From Vampirovibrionales bacterium (lineage in GTDB: Bacteria > Cyanobacteriota > Vampirovibrionia > Vampirovibrionales > JAJTHC01), in NCBI GenBank assembly GCA_046341215.1, contig JBKDRU010000007.1:799-64798 (forward strand): a DNA stretch of 64,000 bases. The letters are read 5' to 3'. Within the stretch, counting starts at the first letter, position 1. Every line of letters begins with the position of its first letter. Under the pieces are notes generated by a model. It made no database searches and was not told where the DNA came from. It saw only the letters and a list, made by a program, of their open reading frames with translations. The position numbers and the translations under genes were made by a program. Of this stretch, positions 8,218 to 17,351 are shown in pieces.

Positions 8218-9717
8218 ATGAAAATCGAATCCACAAACGCCATAGGATACCCCACGATGTCTGCCCAACGCCACAAATCGAAAATCAGCGTGCATCAATG
8301 CCTCACCGATGTTAGCACGCCACTGCAGATTTTCAACACCCTAAGCCACCATTGCAAGCAAGCCGTCTTGCTTGAAAGCACCGATGCCGACACTCGCTTG
8401 GCTCGCTTCTCCTTCCTCGCGTGGCGACCCTACTTGTCTTTCAGTGTGAAAGACGGCATGGCAACGCTCATCAACCAACACACCCATGAAATAGATGTCT
8501 TTGAATGCTCAAACCCATGGCAGTGGATGCGTGACACCCAAGCCAGCTGGTTGGCGGAAAACGGCTTCACCCTTGAAGAACTGAAAAAAGAAAGCAGCCT
8601 ACCAGCCTTAGGCGGATGGTTTGGCTACACGGGCTACAACGCCGTACAACACAATGAAGCCATCCCCATGCAAGCTAGCGACCCTTTGAATGTGCCTGAT
8701 GTCGCCTATGGTTTTTACAGTCATGTGCTGGTTTTTGACCACCTCACCCGCACGCTCAGCTCAGTGAGCCTGTTGCAAGATGAAGAAGCCAATGCTCGTG
8801 TGTGGGGAGAAGTCTGCCATGCCTTGAAGCATCCGCTACCGCTGGCACCCTTGCCGTTGGTGGAAGGGCTGGCAAAGGAAGATCCCATGGAAGGGGTAGG
8901 CTCTAACATTGAAAAAGAGGACTTTTTGGCGAAAGTCTTGGCGTGTAAAGCCTTGATTGAAGAAGGCGAAGTCTTTCAAATTGTGTTGGCTCAACGCTTT
9001 AGCCGAAGCTACACGGCTGAACCGCTCGATGCCTATCGCACGCTGGTTTCGCTCAATCCGTCGCCATACGCCTATATCCTCAAATACGACGGCTTTTGGT
9101 ATGTGGGCTCTTCGCCTGAAACCTTTGTGGAATTGCAGGATGATACGGTGTTGTTGCGTGCCTTGGCAGGGACTCGAAAGCGGGGTGAAAATGCGGAAGA
9201 CGACGCTCGTTTAGCCAAAGAATTACAAGCCGATGCCAAAGAACTGGCTGAACATAAAATGCTGGTGGATTTGGCTCGCAACGATTTAGGGCGGCTCTGC
9301 CAAGTGGGGACGATTGAAGTCGGCGAACTGGCTCAAGTGCATTATTACACGCATGTCATGCATCTGGCCACTGAAATCAAGGGGAAGAAGGATCCGAGTA
9401 AAGATGCCTTTGATGTGCTAAAAACCGTCTTGCCTCGAGGCACCGTGAGTGGGGCGCCGAAGATTCGAGCCATGCAACATTTGGCGAGCTTGGAGCCTGA
9501 CCGTCGCGGCATTTACGCAGGTGCCGTCGGTTACTTTGATGTGAAAGGCAACTTGCAAAGTTGCATTGCCATTCGATCCGCCTTGATTAAAGACGGTGTT
9601 GCTCATGTGCAGGCAGGGGCAGGCATTGTCTATGATTCGGTGCCTGAACTGGAATACGAAGAAACACTCAACAAGGCTAGGAGTGTCTTGGTGGCTCTGC
9701 GTTGGGCAAGCCATTAG
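8218..9717 (+). CDS. trpE: Anthranilate synthase component I
   Basis: Chorismate-binding C-terminal domain (GTVSGAPKIRAMQHLASLEPDRRGIYAGAVGYF) and an N-terminal LLES Trp-feedback motif. No trpG or other trp genes are adjacent. Confidence 0.8.
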   Translation: MKIESTNAIGYPTMSAQRHKSKISVHQCLTDVSTPLQIFNTLSHHCKQAVLLESTDADTRLARFSFLAWRPYLSFSVKDGMATLINQHTHEIDVFECSNPWQWMRDTQASWLAENGFTLEELKKESSLPALGGWFGYTGYNAVQHNEAIPMQASDPLNVPDVAYGFYSHVLVFDHLTRTLSSVSLLQDEEANARVWGEVCHALKHPLPLAPLPLVEGLAKEDPMEGVGSNIEKEDFLAKVLACKALIEEGEVFQIVLAQRFSRSYTAEPLDAYRTLVSLNPSPYAYILKYDGFWYVGSSPETFVELQDDTVLLRALAGTRKRGENAEDDARLAKELQADAKELAEHKMLVDLARNDLGRLCQVGTIEVGELAQVHYYTHVMHLATEIKGKKDPSKDAFDVLKTVLPRGTVSGAPKIRAMQHLASLEPDRRGIYAGAVGYFDVKGNLQSCIAIRSALIKDGVAHVQAGAGIVYDSVPELEYEETLNKARSVLVALRWASH

Positions 9718-9761
9718 GGTTGTTTTCTATAGAAGGCTTTGCAGAAAGGCTTCTTTGCTTT

Positions 9762-9890
9762 GTTCCTCCTCCCTTAGGGAGCACGCCTTGCCGATGGCGG
9801 GCTACGCTAGGAGGAGGGACTCACCAGCTTAGATGGGACACCCCGAATCCCTCACCCCAACCCTCTCCCTAAGGGAGAGGGAGTAAAACC
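9762..9890 (+). mobile_element. MITE-like ~130-bp element, copy A, with terminal inverted repeats (cctcccttagggag ... ctccctaagggagagg)
   Basis: The ends match copy B (41241-41346) in reverse complement, and the internal segment matches partial copy C (53440-53492). Confidence 0.6.
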
Positions 9891-9985
9891 AATTCGAAGA
9901 ATACTCTAAAGAAAAGGCACAAAAAAGAGACGACTTTGGTTTTATGCTGGTGACGTAGTTTTATTTATATTAGGGAACTCACCGT

Positions 9986-11401
9986 ATGACCTACTCATAC
10001 AATTCAACCAATAATATTAGCAATGGGAGCAAGCTTCCTGTTGGGGAACGCCCCTTGCCAAACGTGGAACAGATCGAACCTATTGATTTAAGTCAGTTTA
10101 GAAACGTCGAACCGCAAAGCTCTCGCAATGGCATTGTTGATCTAAAAGAAAGCGGTCTCTTCCGTTTTGACGAACCCCTTCAAAAGGCCACGCTTCGCTC
10201 TTCAGGCAAAGCCCAAAGCTATTTTAAAAATAACGTCAACCGACTGGACATGTATGGCACGAATCGTGACAGCTTCAATCAATCTATGGTTGAAGGCAAT
10301 GTGCAAAGCTTGGGGCAAATGGGCGAAAATGGGTCATCTAACGACGTTCACATACTCGGTGACCTGGGTGGTAGCTTTCAATCAAGCCATCAAAACGCTC
10401 GTAACGAAGTCTTGGTTCAAGGAAAAGTCTATTCTGCCATTATGAATGGCGAACAGGATGCCACGAATCGATTCACCGCAGGCTCCGTCGGAGACATGGC
10501 ATTGGGAGGATCAGAGGCTTCTCTCGTAGGAGGTTCTAGAAATGATGCCGTTGTGCTGGGCAAAACCCAGCGACTTTTAACCGCTGACTATAATGGCTTG
10601 TCTTCAGGGCAGTTTTACGGCGGTGTTCATCAGTGGGAAGATAGTGCTGTTAATGCCACGACGCAGATTTTAGCCGAAAACATGGGCAAAGTCTACTTGG
10701 AAGGACAAGGCAATCGAAACCATGTGCTGGTCAATAAAGGCATCAAAGAGCTAGGTATTGGGGAAGTCGCCAACGGCAATACAAACACCATTACGGCAAA
10801 TGGAGGCATTGAACGCTTTGGCTTGCTCGGTAAAAACAATGAAAGTAAAATCTTTAGTTTTTCTGGTGCAAAAGCATCTGAAGCGGTCTTGCAGGGTACA
10901 AAGAATACAACCTTGTATGGTGGAAATGGCCAACAAACCGTTCGTGTTGGAGGTAGTAACAATGACAGTATTATTGCCACCAGCGATTTGACTGGCCGTA
11001 AATTTAAGTCAGATTATGACCGCAAAGTCTTTGAAGCTAAACAAAAAGATACCTTAGAACTCGGCGGCACAGGCAATAAAGTCCAAGCCGACTTAGGCGT
11101 GGGTAATGATGATATTTTCGTGCATGCGGGTACCAAAAATAAGGACAATCAATTTGAAATTGTGGGTGGAGCAGGGCAAGACGTTATGACCCTTGAAGGG
11201 ACGAAACAGGATTGGAAATCGGTTCGCAATCAAGATGGTAGTTTGACTTTTACGCATCGTCGTCTCAATCAAGCCGTCACCGTTGCAGATGTGGAAGATA
11301 TTCGTTTCAGTAAGAAAATTGATTCTAGTAAAATAGGTTTTAAGACTCCTCCTGCTGAAGAGAGGCAATTGAATTTACCCGGACCCACTTGGCTCGTTTA
11401 G
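9986..11401 (+). CDS. Gly/Asn-rich secreted repeat protein with RTX-like (GGxGxDxUx-type) nonapeptides; likely T1SS substrate or adhesin
   Basis: Motifs GGSRNDAVV, GGSNNDSII, GVGNDDIFV and GGAGQDVMT. No N-terminal signal peptide. Low-complexity N/S-rich N terminus. Confidence 0.5.
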   Translation: MTYSYNSTNNISNGSKLPVGERPLPNVEQIEPIDLSQFRNVEPQSSRNGIVDLKESGLFRFDEPLQKATLRSSGKAQSYFKNNVNRLDMYGTNRDSFNQSMVEGNVQSLGQMGENGSSNDVHILGDLGGSFQSSHQNARNEVLVQGKVYSAIMNGEQDATNRFTAGSVGDMALGGSEASLVGGSRNDAVVLGKTQRLLTADYNGLSSGQFYGGVHQWEDSAVNATTQILAENMGKVYLEGQGNRNHVLVNKGIKELGIGEVANGNTNTITANGGIERFGLLGKNNESKIFSFSGAKASEAVLQGTKNTTLYGGNGQQTVRVGGSNNDSIIATSDLTGRKFKSDYDRKVFEAKQKDTLELGGTGNKVQADLGVGNDDIFVHAGTKNKDNQFEIVGGAGQDVMTLEGTKQDWKSVRNQDGSLTFTHRRLNQAVTVADVEDIRFSKKIDSSKIGFKTPPAEERQLNLPGPTWLV

Positions 11402-12657
11402 TTTGAAAGAAACTGTTCCACAAACTTAAGTACCACCAAACGAGCGTGAGAATACACCAAACCGCCTTGAAAGTAAAAGGTATACGGTGGACGCACAGGC
11501 CCGTCGGCGGAAAGCTCAATCGAAGAGCCGTCAATAAAGGTTCCCCCTGCCATAATGAGTTCGGACTCATAACCAGGGGCATGAGCAGGCACAGGCGTAA
11601 TATAGCTCGAAACGGGCGACCATTCCTGCACGAGTTTGGCAAACGCCATTTGGCGTTCAGGGGTTTGAAGCCACAGGGTTTGGATAATATCGCTACGATC
11701 GGCATCCCATCGAGGGGACGCCTGCATGCCAAGAGCTTCAAGCACATAGGCACTTAAGCACATGCCTTTAACGGCTTCTTTCACCACATTCGGTGCCAAA
11801 AACAAGCCTTGCAAAAAGGTACGAGTGAGTTCAAACATATACCCACCATTCGCACCGATGCCTGCACAAGTGAGGCATTCCGCCACTTGCTCGATGAGAT
11901 CCGCACGTCCAGCGACGTAGCCTCCTGCTGGCACGATGCCTCCACCGGGATTTTTAATGAGAGACCCTGCCATAATATCCGCCCCAATCGCCGTTGGCTC
12001 ATGGGCTTCAAGGAATTCGCCGTAGCAATTGTCCACCATGACAATGGCGGTGGGGTTGTAGACTTTTAACGCTTCAATCACCGCTTGCATGGCAAGTAGC
12101 GTCATGGGTTGACGGGTGCTATAGCCTCGTGAGCGTTGAAGGTAGAGCATCGAAGCGTTTTCAATAAGCGTGATTTCAGCATCGCTAAAACTGGTGCGGA
12201 TGCGTCCGTCGTCTTCAAAAACGCTAAACTCGTCATACGTCACGCCCTTGGCTTTGAGCGACTGCTTCGATTCGCCTCGTAAGCCGATGACTTCTTCAAG
12301 CGTGTCGTACGGGCGACCGGTCACCGAAAGCATGGCATCGCCGTGGTGGAGGCATCCGTTTAAGGCGAGCGAAAGGGCGTGTGTGCCTGACACAATATGC
12401 GGACGCACCAAGGCTGATTCCGCTTCTAGGGCATCGGCGAAGATTTTGTCGAGTACCTCTCGCCCCATATCATGATGTCCGTAGCCCGTGACGCAGGCGA
12501 AGTGTTCTTCGCCGAGGCGGTGGCGTTTCATGGCGTTCAAGACCCGTTCGGTGTTGGCATGGCACAAGGCTTCTAGATGAGGAAAGACGCTTGCTTGTAA
12601 AGCGGTTTCAGCATCGTGAATGAGGGTTTCGGCGTTAGTTTTCTTAGGGTGAGGCAT
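11398..12657 (-). CDS. YnbB-type PLP-dependent Cys/Met-metabolism family protein (methionine gamma-lyase family, 'aluminium resistance protein')
   Basis: 419 aa. The fold-type-I PLP pattern and length fit the YnbB family. 4-nt overlap with the upstream gene end. Confidence 0.7.
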   Translation of the reverse strand: MPHPKKTNAETLIHDAETALQASVFPHLEALCHANTERVLNAMKRHRLGEEHFACVTGYGHHDMGREVLDKIFADALEAESALVRPHIVSGTHALSLALNGCLHHGDAMLSVTGRPYDTLEEVIGLRGESKQSLKAKGVTYDEFSVFEDDGRIRTSFSDAEITLIENASMLYLQRSRGYSTRQPMTLLAMQAVIEALKVYNPTAIVMVDNCYGEFLEAHEPTAIGADIMAGSLIKNPGGGIVPAGGYVAGRADLIEQVAECLTCAGIGANGGYMFELTRTFLQGLFLAPNVVKEAVKGMCLSAYVLEALGMQASPRWDADRSDIIQTLWLQTPERQMAFAKLVQEWSPVSSYITPVPAHAPGYESELIMAGGTFIDGSSIELSADGPVRPPYTFYFQGGLVYSHARLVVLKFVEQFLSN

Positions 12658-13052
12658 TGTTGGGCATCCTGCTTATCTTCTTGATGACCTTGATGCTAAC
12701 ATAAAAACGCTTCATTTTTGCAGAGCCTTCTATAAGATTTATCAATGTAACGGCATAAAACCTTGCAGATGAATCCCAAATGAAAGACACGCATCCTCAC
12801 CAGTTGGGATGTTCAACCCAATCCAAAGAGTGATCAGAAAACATAAGAAATCTTTCTGACACAAACGTTAAAGCATTTGACGTGGGATTCTGTTTTGATT
12901 ATAGTGATAAGATAGGTGCCGTAAGATGTTCCTTTGAGACTGTCTTACGTTCTTCGACCCGTGTGCCTAGCACAACGGCTATTGATTCAAAACCCTACGC
13001 TAATGAGCGAAGAAGTAGGAAAGTTCACGACATTCAACATAAAGGACTATAA

Positions 13053-13496
13053 GTGATGCAACATCCACTTATTCGTGAAATCGAAAAAGAGTACACCCGT
13101 ACTGATCGCCCCGTTTTATTCCCTGGGGACACCGTACGTGTCAACGTAAAAATCGTTGAAGGCAGCAAAGAACGTATTCAGGCCTTTGAAGGCATAATTA
13201 TCGCCAAACGCGGCGCAGGCGTGGGTGCCACCTTCCGTGTGCGTAAGGTGTTTCAAGGCGTGAGCGTTGAGCGTACCTTCCTAATTAACTCCCCACGAGT
13301 TGAAAGTATTACCGTATTGCGTCGTGGACGTGTGCGTCGTGCGAAGCTTTATTACTTGCGTGACCGTATGGGTAAAGCGGCACGTATCCGTGAAAAAACC
13401 ACAGGTTATGCGGCGCCTACGAAATTCGGATCGATTTTGGTCGCCAATGCCAACAATCCGACTGAAGGCACGAAAAAAGCCAAGAAAAAGAAATAG
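13053..13496 (+). CDS. rplS: 50S ribosomal protein L19 with a Lys-rich C-terminal tail
   Basis: Strong L19 match ([32 protein letters not shown]...). Extra tail [12 protein letters not shown]. Not in the usual rpsP-rimM-trmD context. Confidence 0.9.
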   Translation: MMQHPLIREIEKEYTRTDRPVLFPGDTVRVNVKIVEGSKERIQAFEGIIIAKRGAGVGATFRVRKVFQGVSVERTFLINSPRVESITVLRRGRVRRAKLYYLRDRMGKAARIREKTTGYAAPTKFGSILVANANNPTEGTKKAKKKK

Positions 13497-13517
13497 TTTT
13501 TTCTTTTCATTTAGGTT

Positions 13518-13553
13518 TAAACAGTGGAAGCATTTGCTTCCACTGTTTTTTTA
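13518..13553 (+). terminator. Rho-independent terminator after rplS
   Basis: Stem cagtggaagc/gcttccactg followed by T7. Confidence 0.7.
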
Positions 13554-13933
13554 TGTCTGATTGTTTCTAATAAGCAGACGTTTTGAAGGCTTCTCTCCTC
13601 CACTTAAAGGAGCTTCCACAAGTTCCCGTCTCACCCACCGATACACTCTTCACAAGCGTGTCAAACATTCGCTAGACCAGAGAGATTTTTATTTTAAAGC
13701 CTTAGAAGTAGCCTTCTATAGTATTTTAAATAACTTCCCCTACAGTGTCTATACTTTGTCGCTACGATTATTTTGTTCTGTTATGTAGGTCTGTCTACAC
13801 GCCCTCACAAAATAATCTAGGCTCCTCGTCTAGCCTACTGTATGGAAAACTCTTTAAAACACTATATTTCAAGCGCTAGATTTTGTGATTTTGTAAACGG
13901 ATTTACCAAGAGAGATCAGGAGAGATAAGAACC

Positions 13934-14794
13934 ATGGGCATTATTATTAATACCAACATTCAGTCGATTAGTTCACAACGTTTATTAAACGTCAATACGA
14001 TGAACCTGTCCAAAAGCTACGAAAAATTATCGTCAGGCTTTAAAATTAACCGATCCAGCGATGATGCCGCAGGACTTCAGATTTCTGAAAGTTTGCGTTC
14101 TCAAATTCGAGGGTCTCAACGAGCCTTAGACAATACCCAAGACGGCATTAACGTCCTAAACGTGGTGGACGGTACCTTTCAAACCGTCATCGACAACCTC
14201 CAGCGGATGCGTGAATTGACGGTTCAAGCCGCCAACGACACCAACTCTTCCCAACAACGTAGTGCGGTGAGTATTGAAGTTCGCCAGCTTTCAGCCGATT
14301 TAAACCGTATTGCGGCGGCGACGCAATTCAACAAGCGTAGCTTATTGAATGGATCAATTGCGAATTATTACTTGCAAGTGGGGTCTAATTCCAATTCGCA
14401 GGTGGACCGTATTGATATTGCTAACGTGGGGGGCGTTAATCCTTTTAGTAGTATTACGTCGTCGTCTTTATTTAGCATGACGGCAGGGTCTTCACTCGGT
14501 TTTGGTAACAACAGTTCGGCTCTCAACACACTGAGTAAAATTGATATTGCTTTAGCACGAGTGGGTAACCGTCGAGCCTCCTTAGGTGCGATGATTAACC
14601 GCTTAGAATCGAGCAGTAAGAACCTCGGCATTGCCATAGAAAACTTGTCAGGGTCTGAATCACGCATCCGTAATACGGATATTGCGAAAGAATCGGCTGA
14701 AATGACCAAGAATCAGATTTTACAGCAGGCTTCGGCGCAAGTCTTATCGCAAGCGAATCAATTGCCACAGCTGGCGTTGAAGCTTTTGCAATAG
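13934..14794 (+). CDS. fliC: Flagellin (short form, conserved D0/D1 only)
   Basis: N-terminal flagellin helix (INTNIQSISSQRLLN...SSGFKINRSSDDAAGLQISE) and C-terminal helix (LSQANQLPQLALKLLQ). 286 aa. RBS AGGAGAG. Confidence 0.85.
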   Translation: MGIIINTNIQSISSQRLLNVNTMNLSKSYEKLSSGFKINRSSDDAAGLQISESLRSQIRGSQRALDNTQDGINVLNVVDGTFQTVIDNLQRMRELTVQAANDTNSSQQRSAVSIEVRQLSADLNRIAAATQFNKRSLLNGSIANYYLQVGSNSNSQVDRIDIANVGGVNPFSSITSSSLFSMTAGSSLGFGNNSSALNTLSKIDIALARVGNRRASLGAMINRLESSSKNLGIAIENLSGSESRIRNTDIAKESAEMTKNQILQQASAQVLSQANQLPQLALKLLQ

Positions 14795-14798
14795 TAGT

Positions 14799-14912
14799 TT
14801 TTTCATCTCTCTCTCTCGCTTTCTCTCATTTTTCAGTTCTGGCTTTTCTTTCTAAGGTATTTTTTTCTTTCTCTAATTTTTTCTTTCTTTCTCTCTCTCT
14901 CTCTCTCTCTCT
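14799..14912. repeat. CT-rich tract ending in a (CT)11 dinucleotide microsatellite (14891-14912)
   Basis: Directly visible. Lies in the 3' UTR of fliC, before the terminator. Confidence 0.9.
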
Positions 14913-14916
14913 TAAA

Positions 14917-14957
14917 TAAAAGCCCCCGTCTCACGAAGAAGGGGGTTTCTTTTTTTG
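14917..14957 (+). terminator. Rho-independent terminator after fliC
   Basis: CCCCC...GGGGG stem followed by a T-run (tttctttttttg). Confidence 0.65.
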
Positions 14958-15120
14958 ATTATTTTGGACTTTTACAGAGAATTTTGTCACAAATGTAACA
15001 GATGTATCATCCCTAGCACAGAACTTTCTTAAGATTGTTTTAATACTTGTATAAGATTAATCTCAATGCAAGATTTTAAACCCTCTCTCTTCCCACCCCC
15101 AGTAAAGGATAACCCTCTCT

Positions 15121-15771
15121 ATGTCTAACTCAGAACGTAAAACTTTTGTCTTAAAATGTGACAAACCCCGTTATGACGGCGGTATTGAAATTGATTTAGA
15201 ACGCTATTTCGGTAGACGCTTACAACCAAACTTAACCTCTTTAAAGGGTATGGCACAAGAACATCTCAACAAAGACCAGATTAAAAAGTTGGGTGATGAT
15301 GCTGTATTAAGCCCAACGCAAGTGATTGCTCGTGCCAAAGCGGCTCATTCCAAGCGGAGATCTCTATTAAGTGAAGACACCGTTTATGACATGGATGAAG
15401 CCTTAGAACGCAATATGGCAAGCGAAGATTTAAGCGAGTTTTTTCCTTACAAACGTGTCAGTAAAGTGGCCCGTCCAAAAGCGGATCGCAGTGTGAACGA
15501 TGCTCTTAAAGTCAGCGATGCGATGCATCCGATGATGCGTCAGGCTCGTTTGAAAGACGTCTTCATGCAAGGCCCCCTTCAAATGGGGATTGGTTTAACA
15601 GGATTACTTACCAGCCTTCTTGCCCTTTGTGCCATGAACTTGTGCGCCAGACCGGAAGGTATTCGTCACCAAGCTCGTCAACTTTTTCATGAATGTACGA
15701 GAGTTTTTTGGAAAGGCTTGTGGAATACGCTACTTTTACCTGCTTCTACGATGAAGGCCGTGATAATTTAA
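15121..15771 (+). CDS. Hypothetical protein with a C-terminal hydrophobic segment
   Basis: 216-aa ORF. A TGTAACAGATG motif sits in its promoter region. No recognisable domain. Confidence 0.4.
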   Translation: MSNSERKTFVLKCDKPRYDGGIEIDLERYFGRRLQPNLTSLKGMAQEHLNKDQIKKLGDDAVLSPTQVIARAKAAHSKRRSLLSEDTVYDMDEALERNMASEDLSEFFPYKRVSKVARPKADRSVNDALKVSDAMHPMMRQARLKDVFMQGPLQMGIGLTGLLTSLLALCAMNLCARPEGIRHQARQLFHECTRVFWKGLWNTLLLPASTMKAVII

Positions 15772-15877
15772 TCATGAAGAGTTTGACCAAAGATAGCCGT
15801 CCTTTAAAAGGGCGGCTATTGTCTCATGCGTATGCTAAAATGAAATAAAATCCCCCTGCTTTATAGGATGCCTCCTA

Positions 15878-17350
15878 ATGCCCAAGCCAGTAAAGGCTTC
15901 TAAAACACGTTTAAATCACCCGATTTGGTTGCCTTGGTTGCGTTTGTTCAAGCAAGGTTATCGTTTGTTGGCATCCATGGAACTTGCCATCGTTTTACTG
16001 ATTGCGTTAGCTTTGGCGTGTATTGTGGGGAGCTTAATGCCCCAAGAAAGTTTAGTTAATTCGGCGGATATTCAACGTCAATTTACTAACGCTACGCCCT
16101 ATCTTAAAGCCATGGGCTTTTTTAATGTCTTTTATAGTAACTGGTTTTTTAGTTTAGAAGCCCTGTTCTTTCTGTCGATTGTGCTGGGGTCTTTTCGTTG
16201 GTTGCGTCCTGCATGGCGTTCAATTACCCTTAAAACGTTGATGAATGCCTCACATATTCAGAGTTGTTCTACAGGTCGTTCCATGCGACTTTCTCCTGCG
16301 GTCGCCCCTCCTGAAACGCTGGCGACTTTAACACTGGCGTTAAAGCAAGAAGGCTTTAAAGTAACGCCTTCAAGCCTTAAGCACCCATGGAGCCTTTACG
16401 CTCAACGAGGCTGGTTGGGGCGTGTTGGACCCATGATTACGCATTTGGGGATTGCTTTAACGTTGTTGGCGGGTTTGTATGGGGCTTTTAGTAATTTTAC
16501 GGCTCAAGCCACGCTTAAGCCAAGTGAATCCTTGTATTTGAGCGAAGCAGATTCCTTTCAAACTTCAACGAATCCACCCTATTGGTTGGGTCGTATTCCT
16601 GAATGGAAGTTAAAAGTAACCGATTTTGATATTGAGTTTCAAAAAAAATCACCACTGATTCCAAAGCAATTTACATCCACGTTGCAGATTCTAGATCCTT
16701 TAACCGGCGAAGTGCTTGCAGAAGGGAAAAGTTCGGTGAACCATCCCTTTGTGTATGACGGTGTGACGTTTTATCAGGCTCAATTTTCACCAACGACTTT
16801 GCATGAGGTGTTGATTAACCAAGTCCCTTTCCGTCTTGATGCCTCCCAAACGCTGGCAGGGCGTCCTTATGCGGTGCATCCTGTGAATGCCACGACTCGC
16901 TTGTTTATCTTCCCACTGGGGCGTTTTACGGATGGTCTGCCTCGTAACCGCTTACATGTTTTACTGGAGCGCAACGGTGTGTTAGAAGGGTATCAAAAAG
17001 GGTTTAGTGAAGCCAATAAAACCATTCTTTCTTTAGAAGAAGGGGGTGCTTCAGCGACGCTAGGGGGAGAGACTATTCAGTACAAAGAAGCGGTCATGGC
17101 CACAGGTTTGCAAATTAAATATGCCCCTGAAACGACGTTTTTATATGTCAGCCTCTTTATTTTAGCACTAGGGTGTGCGTTAAGTTTTATTCCGCACTAT
17201 CAGGTGTGGTTTGCTTTGTATTCGGAAGAAGGGGACGGGAAGGCTCCTCCCACGGAGTTGTGGTGGTATTCAAAGGCAAAGAAACGTCAGCATGCCTTAG
17301 AAGAGGCGTTGACTCGCTGCCTAGCCAAGATGCCTTGCGCCTTGCGTTGA
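15878..17350 (+). CDS. ccs1: Ccs1/ResB-family cytochrome c biogenesis protein (system II)
   Basis: N-terminal pattern RLLASMELAIVLLIALALACIVGSLMPQE, a large soluble middle domain, and a C-terminal TM. Resembles the ResB/Ccs1 architecture. No ccsA adjacent. Confidence 0.6.
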   Translation: MPKPVKASKTRLNHPIWLPWLRLFKQGYRLLASMELAIVLLIALALACIVGSLMPQESLVNSADIQRQFTNATPYLKAMGFFNVFYSNWFFSLEALFFLSIVLGSFRWLRPAWRSITLKTLMNASHIQSCSTGRSMRLSPAVAPPETLATLTLALKQEGFKVTPSSLKHPWSLYAQRGWLGRVGPMITHLGIALTLLAGLYGAFSNFTAQATLKPSESLYLSEADSFQTSTNPPYWLGRIPEWKLKVTDFDIEFQKKSPLIPKQFTSTLQILDPLTGEVLAEGKSSVNHPFVYDGVTFYQAQFSPTTLHEVLINQVPFRLDASQTLAGRPYAVHPVNATTRLFIFPLGRFTDGLPRNRLHVLLERNGVLEGYQKGFSEANKTILSLEEGGASATLGGETIQYKEAVMATGLQIKYAPETTFLYVSLFILALGCALSFIPHYQVWFALYSEEGDGKAPPTELWWYSKAKKRQHALEEALTRCLAKMPCALR

Positions 17351-17351
17351 T

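Noticed and set aside
13561-13788. 75-aa ORF after the rplS terminator
   Set aside because: No RBS or conservation cue, and it lies in the AT-rich promoter region of fliC. Probably non-coding.
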